Source of the DNA: an uncultured Acidobacteriota bacterium
GTDB lineage: Bacteria; Acidobacteriota; UBA6911
Assembly (NCBI GenBank): GCA_963809485.1
Contig: CAWEJX010000001.1
Coordinates: forward strand, 64,001-128,000
Direction of reading: 5' to 3'
Length of the DNA: 64,000 nt
Below, one piece after another: positions 39,707 through 49,718 of the stretch. Both the position numbers and the translations under genes were made by a program. How positions within the stretch are numbered: position 1 is the stretch's first letter; every line of letters begins with the position of its first letter. The notes below the pieces were generated by a model. It was not told the DNA's origin. It made no database searches and was given only the letters and a program-made list of their open reading frames with translations.

Positions 39707-41068
39707 GTGATTCCCAAAGACCTCTCTAAGCTGGCCGTCCCCATGGATTCCCTCAAACGAATCGAGATTGCTCGAGGCTATTTCGATGACATCGAATACC
39801 ATCCGGGCATCCTGACCGCCACGGGTTGGATGCTTCTGCAAGGATCAAGGATTGACGCGATTCATGCCTATATCAACGGCGAACCCGCTGCTGTGAGCCC
39901 CCCCGTATATCGCGCCGACGTTGCCCGCGAATTATCCCGCATAAAAGACGCAGGATATTCGGGATTCAGTTTTCAGTTGCCATACAAGGCGACGGCGGAC
40001 GGCAATTACGGCTGGCTGGACCTGATAGGGTATCGGGCGGATCGACCGGTCTGCCAAATGAATACCCTGTTCCACACAAATATTGAGGCGGTTGAACCGA
40101 CTCCCAATCCGGATCTGATGTATCGAGTCGTAAACAACCGCGACAAGCGCGCATTCAAAACAAGCGGCGTCAAGTCCTTCGGTGAATTTCTCAAGCCCAT
40201 CCTGCAATATGCGGAACCGGACGCTTTGCATGCCATGCTCGACTGGGGTTGCGGGTGTGGGCGCATGACAATTCATTTTTTGGCGCTGGGCGACAGCTTT
40301 AAAGTCCATGGCTGCGATATCGACGCGGAAGCGGTAAGTTGGTGCCGGGAGAACCTTTCTGCCGGTAAATTCACCGCTATTCAGCCGTATCCGCCGGCAC
40401 CATACGTCGACTCAAGCTTCGACATCATTATTGGTTTTTCGGTTTTTACTCATTTAAAACGCGAAGCCCAAAATGCATGGCTTTTGGAAATGCGCCGGCT
40501 GCTCTCACCGGGGGGAATCTTTCTGGCATCGGTTCATGGCGATTCCGTAGCGAGCGATGAAATCCCGGGGCGGATGCAAGATCTTTTGCGCAAAGGCATT
40601 TTGGATGATATTGGGGATTCCACCCTGAATGGAATCGCGCCTGAAGGATATTACAGGGGCGTTTTCCAGACACGCGAATACACTTTGCGGGAATGGACCA
40701 AGTACTTCGAAATTTTGGACTATATCAAACGAGGCGTGGGAAACAGGCAGGATCTTGTGATTATGCGAGCTCCCCCGAGTTTCGCGAAAGTGACGGCTTC
40801 AACAATTCGGCAAGGGCTTCCACCAGAGGCTGCGCTGCGAGAGAACGCTGCTTTGAGTCTTCAGCACAATCTGCAGGAGCGGGTTTCAGCGCTCGAGGCC
40901 GAGACTGTTGCATTGAGAGAGGCATTAGACCGGATATCAGGCAAAGCTGGAACCCTGAAAAGCGGGATGGAATACCCTTACCGATGGACACAGAAAGCCA
41001 AGGACATGATCCGGCCCCTTGCAGGGCCTGCATGGCCCCTGATACGGAAAATTTTCCGAAGACGCTAA
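39707..41068 (+). CDS. Class I SAM methyltransferase with N-terminal accessory domain and C-terminal coiled coil
   Basis: LDWGCGCGR, GCDID, FSVFTHL; heptad-rich tail. Confidence 0.85.
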   Translation: MIPKDLSKLAVPMDSLKRIEIARGYFDDIEYHPGILTATGWMLLQGSRIDAIHAYINGEPAAVSPPVYRADVARELSRIKDAGYSGFSFQLPYKATADGNYGWLDLIGYRADRPVCQMNTLFHTNIEAVEPTPNPDLMYRVVNNRDKRAFKTSGVKSFGEFLKPILQYAEPDALHAMLDWGCGCGRMTIHFLALGDSFKVHGCDIDAEAVSWCRENLSAGKFTAIQPYPPAPYVDSSFDIIIGFSVFTHLKREAQNAWLLEMRRLLSPGGIFLASVHGDSVASDEIPGRMQDLLRKGILDDIGDSTLNGIAPEGYYRGVFQTREYTLREWTKYFEILDYIKRGVGNRQDLVIMRAPPSFAKVTASTIRQGLPPEAALRENAALSLQHNLQERVSALEAETVALREALDRISGKAGTLKSGMEYPYRWTQKAKDMIRPLAGPAWPLIRKIFRRR

Positions 41069-41361
41069 TATCCGAGGAACGCTTGATGATCAGAAATGCG
41101 CGCTCAGGACCGGCCCGGCCAGCGAAACCCGGTCTGCAAATTTCCGCATAGTCTGCTTTTGCATGTATCCTCCAGAAAGACGTTATGCCCATGACCTCCG
41201 GATCCCTTTATCTGCTACAAATCCTCGGGCAAGTGGGCTAGACTTCTTGCTTCAATGGGATGATGCAGTCACAAAAATTCCGGCTCTGAAAGGCCGGTCA
41301 ATGCGAGCATTGCCGCCAAATGGTAAATTTCGGATCTCGTCCCGCGGACAGGCTTAACCGA

Positions 41362-42870
41362 ATGGGGCCCCGGATCCTGCTTTGCATCGCTCTGGTGTAT
41401 CTTTGTGCGGCCAACTTAGTCTGGATATCGAAAGACGCCCGCCCGCCATTCTTCGACATGGCCTACCACCAGGCCAAAGCCCTGAACATCTACGATGTCA
41501 TCCAAAGCCGCGGCATCTCCGGGCTCCGTGAGATCCCTCATCTGACTGGTTTCTACCCGCCCCTGTTCCATTCTGTAATTGCCATTTTCTATGCGCTTTT
41601 GGGGAAATCCATTCACTCCGCAATGCAGGCCAACCTCCCGGCGATCGCCATACTCCTGTTTGCCACCTACGGCCTGGGGAAGCGCCTGATGACGCCCTTT
41701 GCGGCGGCAACCGCCGCGGCGCTCGCAAACTTCTTCCCCTTGATGCTGTGGCTCTCGCGTGAAACGCTCATCGACTATTGGTTGGCCGCCTTCGTGACGC
41801 TGGCAATGGTGTGTCTGTTCCGCACGGAAGGCTTCTCCAAACGGTCCGAATCCGCTCTGTTCGGCGTCGTGTGCGGGCTTGGGATGCTGACCAAATGGAC
41901 CTTCCCCTTGTTCGTGGCTCTGCCCGCCGTCTGGACGGCCCGAAAAAACTGGAAAAACGCCGGCATCGCCGCTCTGACCGCATCCGCCGTATCGGCAGGC
42001 TGGTATGCGTCGCAATGGCGGGCGATTGAATCTTTTTTTAACATAAACAAGTCCGGAGGCGTGGCTGAAGGAGATCCTTTGAAGCTCAGCTTTCAGTCCC
42101 TGGTCTTCTATGTCCGCGCGCTGGAAGGGTATCAGCTGTTTCTTCCGCTATTCGTCCTCTTTGTGGCAGGCGTTGTCTTCCTGATGCGGAATTTCTCTCC
42201 GGCATGGATTCCTGTCGTTCTCTGGATCGCCGGCGGATGGTTTAGCCTGCTGTTGTTTCAGAACAAGGATCCGCGCTATACGGTGCCCCTGCTCCCTGCG
42301 GTGGCTCTCATCAGCGCTTCGGTATTGCAGAACCGGCGGCTATGGACCGCAGCATTGGCCTGCCTGCTGCTCTTTCAACACCACCTGGTATCCTTCGGCT
42401 TCCGCAATTTGCCCGAAAGGATTATTCTGCTAAAAGGGATAGAAGGCCCGCTCTCCTGGGACTGGAATCTATACACGCAGACCTATTTTCAACTTCTTGG
42501 CCCTCCTGTGCGCGAAGACTGGAAGATTGAGCAAGTTCTTTCGCAGGTAGCCGAGGTCCGAGGCCCTAAGGTCAGGCTGGGAATTGTTCCCAGTATCCCG
42601 CGTTTTGATCCGGAAGCCTTCGAGTTTTGCTCCGCGCTTCGTGGATACAACGTGACGGTCACGCGCCTGTGGTATTTTGATGAGAAGGCGATCGCCGGCC
42701 AGGACTGCATCCTGGTATCCGAGAGAGACCAGGGATACGCGGCTTTTTACTCCAAGGATCTTGACCGGATCAACCATTACATTATGGATCGCCCGGACCA
42801 ATACCGGCTGGCCGATCGATTGGCAATCCCTGGCGGACGAACCATACGCCTGTACCGCCTGAAGCCGTGA
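41362..42870 (+). CDS. GT-C fold glycosyltransferase (ArnT/PMT-like)
   Basis: D..YH, YPPLFH, LGMLTKW, RYTVPLLP; many TM helices. Confidence 0.85.
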   Translation: MGPRILLCIALVYLCAANLVWISKDARPPFFDMAYHQAKALNIYDVIQSRGISGLREIPHLTGFYPPLFHSVIAIFYALLGKSIHSAMQANLPAIAILLFATYGLGKRLMTPFAAATAAALANFFPLMLWLSRETLIDYWLAAFVTLAMVCLFRTEGFSKRSESALFGVVCGLGMLTKWTFPLFVALPAVWTARKNWKNAGIAALTASAVSAGWYASQWRAIESFFNINKSGGVAEGDPLKLSFQSLVFYVRALEGYQLFLPLFVLFVAGVVFLMRNFSPAWIPVVLWIAGGWFSLLLFQNKDPRYTVPLLPAVALISASVLQNRRLWTAALACLLLFQHHLVSFGFRNLPERIILLKGIEGPLSWDWNLYTQTYFQLLGPPVREDWKIEQVLSQVAEVRGPKVRLGIVPSIPRFDPEAFEFCSALRGYNVTVTRLWYFDEKAIAGQDCILVSERDQGYAAFYSKDLDRINHYIMDRPDQYRLADRLAIPGGRTIRLYRLKP

Positions 42871-42945
42871 TCCGGTTTGGATCCGGCCCGGCCATGCGGA
42901 TTTTATATTTTGGGACACTTGGACGCCATGACGCCTGGTTCCAGC

Positions 42946-44796
42946 ATGAAAAAATTGATGAAAAAATGGGCGCCCCACACAATCCTGACAGCCCTTGTGA
43001 TCTGCAGCGTGGTCCCGTTCGCTGGCCGCGCCGTATATCTTGACGAGCATATATATTTGCACGTCGCCGAAACCGCCCTCGAGAAAGACTGGAGGTTTCC
43101 CCAGGACACGCCGTGGATATTTTTCGGCACCCGCTACCAGAATCTCGCGGCTCACACGCACCCTCCGTTGGGCGAGTACGTACTGGCCATAATGCTCAAG
43201 CTTTTCGGGGGTTTCGATGAAGTCCGTTTTCGATTGTTGTGGGCCGTTTTTCCGCTGGCGGCGGCTCTGGGCTTCTACCGTCTGGCCCGTCATTTCACCG
43301 CGAACCCGCTGCCGATCGCCTCATTGTTTGCGGTCTGTCCCGCCTTTTTTGTCATAAGCCCGACGCTCATGATGGATATCCCCATGCTGGCCTTTTTACT
43401 CTGGGGGCTGGCGTTTTACCTGGACGGCCTCCAGGGGCGGGAAATTTATCTTTTGCCGGCCGCTGGGTGCTTCACCGTGTCCGCCGGAATCGGATATTCG
43501 GCATTGGTTCCGACAGGCTGCCTTTTCCTTTGGGCGATTGCCAGGAAACGGCCTGTTCGCGAATTGTGCAGTATCGTCCTGGCCCCGATGGCTGTGGCAG
43601 CATGGCTGGCAGTCATGAAATCCCATTTTGGTGCGCTGCCTGCGGCCGGGATGGTCCGCTACCTGGCTTCGCACCTGTCGTTTCCCGCGAATGTCATTCC
43701 CACTTTCAGCTTCCTTGGAGGCGTCAGCCTGCTTCCCTGGGGATTTTTGGCGCTGGCCGACGTCCCTCGAAAGAAAATTCTGATTGTGTTCTGTGTTTTG
43801 GCGGCATTGATGATGAGTTTTTTCCATAGCTGGCCAACTCCGTACTCCCGGATGTGGTTTGTGCTGCTGGCATCCTCCGGTATCGGGCTGATCGTGACCT
43901 TTGTGATGAAGGCCGCGCGCCGGGACTCTGACGCCTGTCCGCCGGGCCGGGATTTCCTGTTCCTTTGGTTTCCGGCAACATTTATTTTCTTCCTGCTGTC
44001 GGCGGAGATGGTCAACGCCCGCTATATTCTCCTAAGCCTGCCGCCCGTATTCCTGATTGCCTTCAATCGCGCACGCCGAGCTTCCGCGGTTCCTGTTGTT
44101 GCGGGTACCATGATTTTGTCCGTCCTGATAGCCGTCGGCGATTATCGATTTGTAAATTCCTATCGGGAATGGGTTGCTGCAAACATCGATCCATTGCAGC
44201 GGCAGGGTTTCCGCATATGGAGCGCAACGGAATCGGGTCTGCGCTTCTACCTCGAACATAGAGGCATACAGACACTCGACGATACGGACATGCGCCCCAA
44301 AGGAGGAGATCTCATCGTCCGGCAAGCTTCCTTTTCCTACGGTCTGTCCGGGGAACTGGCACCACTTTTGCTGCCGCTGTCACAGGTCGATCTTGTAGAC
44401 GCTTATCCTGTCCGCACCTTTGTCGCTGCGGCGGGCGCGGGCTTTCACGACAGCCATTTCGGGCTTGTCCCCTACAGCATATCGCGAGCCCCCCTGGACC
44501 GGCTGGAACTGATGCAGGTCAGCCCGTTTGTGCACAGCCTGCCGCAGGTGGTACCTCCCGACTATTCTTCAGTCCCGGTATGGTATCCAGGAGGTGTTCT
44601 TCTCAAACAGGTCCTGCCGGAAATGAAATTTCCCGTGCGGGTTCCCAGGGGTGCGCGGTTGGACTATGAGCTTGAGGGCAAGGGTTCCATTGAAATCTCG
44701 GACGGATGCATTACATTAAGGAAGACAGGTGATGGAACGGCTGTCTGGAAAAACTTCCGTATCATCCCGGAGGCATTGGGTGAGGCGAACCGATAG
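42946..44796 (+). CDS. GT-C fold glycosyltransferase (ArnT/PMT-like) with soluble C-terminal domain
   Basis: YLDEHIY, HPPLGEY, MMDIP, ARYILL; many TM helices; start uncertain. Confidence 0.8.
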   Translation: MKKLMKKWAPHTILTALVICSVVPFAGRAVYLDEHIYLHVAETALEKDWRFPQDTPWIFFGTRYQNLAAHTHPPLGEYVLAIMLKLFGGFDEVRFRLLWAVFPLAAALGFYRLARHFTANPLPIASLFAVCPAFFVISPTLMMDIPMLAFLLWGLAFYLDGLQGREIYLLPAAGCFTVSAGIGYSALVPTGCLFLWAIARKRPVRELCSIVLAPMAVAAWLAVMKSHFGALPAAGMVRYLASHLSFPANVIPTFSFLGGVSLLPWGFLALADVPRKKILIVFCVLAALMMSFFHSWPTPYSRMWFVLLASSGIGLIVTFVMKAARRDSDACPPGRDFLFLWFPATFIFFLLSAEMVNARYILLSLPPVFLIAFNRARRASAVPVVAGTMILSVLIAVGDYRFVNSYREWVAANIDPLQRQGFRIWSATESGLRFYLEHRGIQTLDDTDMRPKGGDLIVRQASFSYGLSGELAPLLLPLSQVDLVDAYPVRTFVAAAGAGFHDSHFGLVPYSISRAPLDRLELMQVSPFVHSLPQVVPPDYSSVPVWYPGGVLLKQVLPEMKFPVRVPRGARLDYELEGKGSIEISDGCITLRKTGDGTAVWKNFRIIPEALGEANR

Positions 44797-44870
44797 CATG
44801 AAATGCCGGTCCTGTATGCCGGCTGGCAATGGAGCGCGTCTCCGCCCGCGTGCTTTTTAGGAAAGCTCCT

Positions 44871-46013
44871 ATGGATCCTTTGGAAAAAGAGGCACAAGAG
44901 AACCGGAAGAATGAAAGGGCCGGGCTGGAACCTACCGGAGAGCGCTACCTGCCGTGGGCGGACGATCCCGTAATGACCTATGAGCATTTGCATCGCTACG
45001 CCCATGCATCCCGATATATCGAAGGCAAAAGGGTGCTCGACCTGGCTTCCGGCGAGGGTTACGGTTCTGCGTTGCTCGCCCGCACAGCCTTTTCGGTTGT
45101 CGGAATCGACATCGACGAAAAAACCGTGCGTCACGCGCGCAGGAAATATGCGGGAGCCAATATTCACTTTGTCGTCGGCTCGGTTACCGAGATTCCTCTG
45201 GCAGCCCGCTTTGACGTCGTCGTCTGCTTCGAGCTCATAGAACATGTTCAGGACCACGACAAACTGCTTTCCGAAATCAAACGGCTTCTTGCTCCGGGGG
45301 GCATGCTGATGATTTCAACCCCCAATAGGCCGGAATACCGCCTCCTGGAGCCGTCGAATCCCTTCCACGTGAAGGAGCTCGACTTCGTGGAATTCAGGGT
45401 ACTGCTGGAACGCTTTTTTTCACACGTACGGTTCCTGGGACAGCGCGTGTACTGCAATTCCAGCCTTTGGGCCACTGAATCCCCATCATCCGAAACCGGG
45501 TCTGGGATGTTCATCGATCTCGGCCCTGAGGGATTTTGGGTCTCTCAGACGGATCGCCGGGCTCCCCTGTATTTCATCGGCACGGCATCGGACGCCGAGG
45601 TGCCGCCGGGCCCTGCAAGTGATGTTTTGGTGGACAATACCAATTCGCTGTTAAAAGAGCGAGACAGGATCCAGAGCGAATTGGAGGCATCCATCCGCTC
45701 GCAAGAGGAAGCCCTGGCATGGAGAGAAGAGCAGGAGCACCAATTTCAAATCATCATCAGCGCACGTGATGAAGCGCTCCAGTGGCGCGCATCCCAAATC
45801 AGCGACATGCAGGATAAATTTCGCAACCAGCAGCTTGAAAACGACTATCAAGGAAGGCTGATTGAAGAACTTGAAAAGCAGATGCGCCTCCTTCAATCCG
45901 GAAGAGCGTGGAAGCTGCTCCAGAAATTCTTCGCTTTTCGAGACCGGATTTTGCCGCCGCTGAGCGCCGGAAGAAGGATTTATGATCGCTTCCTCGGTAA
46001 AATCAAGCTGTAG
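44871..46013 (+). CDS. Class I SAM methyltransferase with long coiled coil (WbdD-like architecture)
   Basis: TGERYLP, EHLHRY, VLDLASGEGYG, FELIEH, ISTPN; coiled coil ending SGRAWKLL. Confidence 0.88.
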   Translation: MDPLEKEAQENRKNERAGLEPTGERYLPWADDPVMTYEHLHRYAHASRYIEGKRVLDLASGEGYGSALLARTAFSVVGIDIDEKTVRHARRKYAGANIHFVVGSVTEIPLAARFDVVVCFELIEHVQDHDKLLSEIKRLLAPGGMLMISTPNRPEYRLLEPSNPFHVKELDFVEFRVLLERFFSHVRFLGQRVYCNSSLWATESPSSETGSGMFIDLGPEGFWVSQTDRRAPLYFIGTASDAEVPPGPASDVLVDNTNSLLKERDRIQSELEASIRSQEEALAWREEQEHQFQIIISARDEALQWRASQISDMQDKFRNQQLENDYQGRLIEELEKQMRLLQSGRAWKLLQKFFAFRDRILPPLSAGRRIYDRFLGKIKL

Positions 46014-46212
46014 GCTGGAGCTGTGACCAGCCTTGGGTGTAGAATTCGCAGGCGTGATGGGGAGGCAGAAGTCCGACCCACGGAGGGTCCTGGAAGACGG
46101 ATCTCCTGCCTGATCTGGGCGAATCGGGAAGTGATTTATCAGCCCCCGAGGGGCGCCTGTTGCACGCCGATCCATTGCATGGCATGAGGGATGCTGCCAT
46201 TAGCGGAATAGC

Positions 46213-49020
46213 ATGCTTGTTTTCTTGAGCCGTCTAACCCTGATTTTGACCGCCCTGCTGGTCTCGCCCATAATTCTTGCCCTGGCATTGTTCCTTCTGT
46301 TGCTGAACCTGGTGTATATTTTCCGCCGATCGCCCGGGCGCAGGCGCCGCAATGACAAAGAGCCGCGTGCCGTAAGGGAGAAGGTCCCCAACATCCTCAT
46401 TATCCAGTCCGCGGAGCCCGATTGCCTGCTGAAGGCATTGGATCGCCTGAAAAGCATCCCGTTGATTTCCGGCGGACGTTGCACGGTATTTTGCCGCGAC
46501 CGGTCCGAAATTCTCAGACACCTTGCCGGACATCCCATGCTGCACAGCATTCTTCCCCACATGGAAACACGAGGATGGTGGAACCACCTCGATGATTTCA
46601 GAAAAGAGCATTTTGATGCTGTGGTGGTTTTTTTTACAGGGGATCCGAGCTACTGGAAGATCAAGTATTTTTCCCTGCTGATCGGCGCCCGTCGGAAACT
46701 GGTTCTCAACGAGAACCATCGCCTGGTCTCGTCCTGCGGTTCCCTGTTCGCTCTCTTTGAACGCGACCTCATACTTTCCGGCATCTTCCATTCGGTCTCC
46801 TGGAAGATGCGCCCGGGACTCCGCTGGCTGGCTGAGCGCTATCAGTTAATGCGGGAGAGGTCCCGTTCTTCGAACGGCTGCGGGATTTCAAGGTGGGCTG
46901 TTTCCCTGGCAGGATTTCAGGCGGATGCGACCGAAATCGAGACAGTTGCAGCCGATGTTGCGCCGAAGGACCGTCAGACGGATGCGCAGGAGGCGCTCGA
47001 TAATGCCCGGCGCATGCTTACGGGGCTGTCAAAAATTTCTTTGCGCAGCTTCCTTTCATCGCAAGCCCGATTCCGGCTGCCGGCCGACGGGGAACCGGCC
47101 GTCAGCGTGATTCTCGTGTTATTCAACCGTGCCGAGCTCACCTTCCAATGCTTGCGGTCCCTGGCCGAAAGCGGGTTTGAATCGATGGAAATCATCATTG
47201 TGGACAACAAATCCATTGATGATACCCCCTTCCTCCTGGACCGGCTTGAGGGGGCAACCATCCTGCGCAATCCCGCCAATATCCACTTTATCAAGGCGGC
47301 TAACGCGGGGGCATCCAAAGCGCGCGGCCGTCACCTCCTCTTTTTGAACAACGATGCGCAAGTTATGCCCGGGGCAATCCGGTCAGCAGTCCGTACTCTC
47401 GAAAGCTCCGATGATATCGGGGCGGTAGGCGGCAAACTCATTCTGCCGGACGGGACGCTCCAGGAAGCCGGGAATATTGTCTGGAGAGACGGTTCATGCC
47501 TCGGTTATGGACGCGGCAGCGATCCGCTGCTGCCGGAATACATGTTCCGCAGGGATGTCGACTATTGTTCCGGTGCTTTTCTGCTTACCCGGCGCGAAAC
47601 CTTCCTGAGCCTGGGAGGGTTCGATGAAGCATACCAGCCCTTCTACTATGAAGAAACCGACTACTGCCTCAGGCTCTGGGAGCGGGGTCTTCGGGTAGTA
47701 TACGAACCCGATGCTGCGGTCCTACATTATGAGTTTGCCAGTTCGTCCTCTTCTGAAGAGGCTCAGGAGTGGCATGCGCGGAATCAGGGCGTGTTTCTCC
47801 GGCGCCATCGGGACCGCCTGCTGACTCATCATGGACCCGATGTCCAAAATATACTGCAGGCTCGCTGCGTTTTGGGGAACCGTTTGAGAGTGCTGTTCAT
47901 CGACGACCGGGCGCCCCACCCGTCGCTCGGATCGGGCTTCCCGCGTTCGAACACAATCCTCTCCGGGCTCGTAAACTCAGGCTGCTTCGTCACTTACTAT
48001 CCGACCGCCGTCCTCGATGAGGATTGGCACGATATATACGCGGACATCCCTCGCGAAGTCGAGGTGGCGCAGGGGCGCGGACCGGGCGGTCTTTTTCAGT
48101 TCCTGACGGAAAGGAGAGGCTATTACGACCTGATTTTTATCAGCCGCCCGCACAACATGCAGTTTGCCAGACCCATCCTTCAAGCGCATCCGGACTGGTT
48201 TCGAAACACAAGAATCATCTATGACGCCGAGGCGTTGTTCGCTTTCAGGGAGCTGGCAAATCTGAAGCTCAGGGGCGAAGAGCCCGCTGCAAAGAGCATT
48301 GAGCAATTGACGAAAAGTGAAGTGGAATTGGCTGCAGAGGCAAACCTTGTCGTTTCGGTATCGGAATCGGAAGCCGGCGAGTTTGCCCGGCACGGGATCC
48401 ACAATGTCCGAGTCCTGGGGCATGCCCTGCCCGTTGCGCCCACGCCGCGGTTATTCCAGGAGCGCGAGGGATTCCTATTCGTGGGCTCGATCCTGGAAGA
48501 GAACAGCCCCAACGGAGATGCCGTACTATGGTTTGTCAAAGAGATACTGCCGATCATTCAGGAAAAGCTGGGAGAGTTGCCCTTCACCATCGCCGGGATT
48601 AACAGAATAGACATCCCTGCCGGTCCCTGCCATCCGAAGGTCCTGGGAAGGGTTGAGGACCTTTCCCCCATTTATGATAAAGCACGCGTCTTTGTTGCCC
48701 CTACACGATTCGCCGCCGGAATCCCGCACAAGATACATGAAGCCGCCGCGCGCGGTCTTCCTGTAATCGCGACTTCGCTTCTGATGCGCCAACTCGGATG
48801 GTCGGACGGGGAGCATCTCCTTGTCGCCGATAAAGCGCAATCATTCGCGGAACAATGCATCCGCCTGCACAGCGATGCCGGGCTCTGGGATCGAATCCGC
48901 CGGGCGGCTCTGCAGCGTGTTTCGATCGATTGCTCCCCGGAAACGTTTGAAATCGCCCTGAAAGCAATCCTCGAAGGACATGAAAATCAGGTTGCCGAAG
49001 TTTCACAAAACTTGCGCTGA
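46213..49020 (+). CDS. Multidomain glycosyltransferase: TM anchor, half-GT9-like domain, GT2, GT4
   Basis: VSVILVLFN, VDNKS.D, FLNND, YYEETD; C-terminal APTRFAAGIPHKIHEA. Confidence 0.88.
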   Translation: MLVFLSRLTLILTALLVSPIILALALFLLLLNLVYIFRRSPGRRRRNDKEPRAVREKVPNILIIQSAEPDCLLKALDRLKSIPLISGGRCTVFCRDRSEILRHLAGHPMLHSILPHMETRGWWNHLDDFRKEHFDAVVVFFTGDPSYWKIKYFSLLIGARRKLVLNENHRLVSSCGSLFALFERDLILSGIFHSVSWKMRPGLRWLAERYQLMRERSRSSNGCGISRWAVSLAGFQADATEIETVAADVAPKDRQTDAQEALDNARRMLTGLSKISLRSFLSSQARFRLPADGEPAVSVILVLFNRAELTFQCLRSLAESGFESMEIIIVDNKSIDDTPFLLDRLEGATILRNPANIHFIKAANAGASKARGRHLLFLNNDAQVMPGAIRSAVRTLESSDDIGAVGGKLILPDGTLQEAGNIVWRDGSCLGYGRGSDPLLPEYMFRRDVDYCSGAFLLTRRETFLSLGGFDEAYQPFYYEETDYCLRLWERGLRVVYEPDAAVLHYEFASSSSSEEAQEWHARNQGVFLRRHRDRLLTHHGPDVQNILQARCVLGNRLRVLFIDDRAPHPSLGSGFPRSNTILSGLVNSGCFVTYYPTAVLDEDWHDIYADIPREVEVAQGRGPGGLFQFLTERRGYYDLIFISRPHNMQFARPILQAHPDWFRNTRIIYDAEALFAFRELANLKLRGEEPAAKSIEQLTKSEVELAAEANLVVSVSESEAGEFARHGIHNVRVLGHALPVAPTPRLFQEREGFLFVGSILEENSPNGDAVLWFVKEILPIIQEKLGELPFTIAGINRIDIPAGPCHPKVLGRVEDLSPIYDKARVFVAPTRFAAGIPHKIHEAAARGLPVIATSLLMRQLGWSDGEHLLVADKAQSFAEQCIRLHSDAGLWDRIRRAALQRVSIDCSPETFEIALKAILEGHENQVAEVSQNLR

Positions 49021-49538
49021 GTATCCTCCGGAAGACCTGGAGGCTTTGCGGTTGCTGGCCCCACAAAAGGGTCCGATCACAACCGATGAAAAGTCAGGTA
49101 CCTCCTGCAAAGCCTGAGGCTTGAAGGATTTGAACCGCTCAAAGCGGTTGGACTAGTTACGCCGGTCTTGAACGCTGATTTACGCGGGCAAAAGCCGACC
49201 CTCGCCGAACAAATCGGCGTTTGTCAGCGCTTTTATCAGCGTTTCTCAGCGTTTCACAATATGGAGACGTCAAACTCTTTGAGTCCCCCGGGAGAGCCGG
49301 GGATTTACCAATGTAATTATGGAGGTTCCATGCGCCTTAGATATCTTTAAACCTTTTTTAACCGGGGAATATCGAATAGAGAATGCTGTATTGGGAAGTC
49401 CTTCTGCGATTCGATATTCGAAATTCGGCATATCGCAGGGCTTAGGTTGTGGGTTACTGTCAGAACACCGGGGAAAAGGCTTTCTCCTGTGTTTGTCAAA
49501 AGGATGCTGCCACACCGGCAGAGCCGGAGGATCTCTCA
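49019..49538. mobile_element. Degenerate outer IS200/IS605-type non-autonomous element enclosing the inner element
   Basis: Left hairpins CCTCCGG-AAGA-CCTGGAGG and GGCCCC..GGGTCC; right end TGTCAAA..CCGGCAGAGCCGG, same layout as the inner element ends. Confidence 0.45.
49092..49319. mobile_element. Non-autonomous palindromic element (IS200/IS605-derived PATE-like), copy 1
   Basis: AGTCAGGTACCTCC..GAGG, AACCGCTCAAAGCGGTT, GTCAAACTCTTTGAGTCCCCCGG..GCCGGGG..ATGTAATTA; near-identical ends to 55899-56281. Confidence 0.75.
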
Positions 49539-49718
49539 TTGGATTAGATTCGGAGGACGCAGGCGAACTCCAGGGATCTCCCGGGTATTTGGAATGCGAG
49601 CCGGGCTTTGGCCGGACCAGGCTTTTGCCAGTGGCCGCGGTCCGCGGATAGAGTGTGCGCATTCGCAACCCGATTGTTTGAGGATTAAAATCGGGAAACG
49701 GATCTTCAGGTAAGACAG

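Noticed and set aside
41069-41361. Long intergenic gaps (also 46014-46212) as possible ncRNAs
   Set aside because: No recognisable family motif, strong stem or second copy found by eye
49168-49350. Small ORFs starting MNADLRGQKP here and at 55975
   Set aside because: They lie wholly or largely within the repeated element, have no SD, and diverge after the shared DNA
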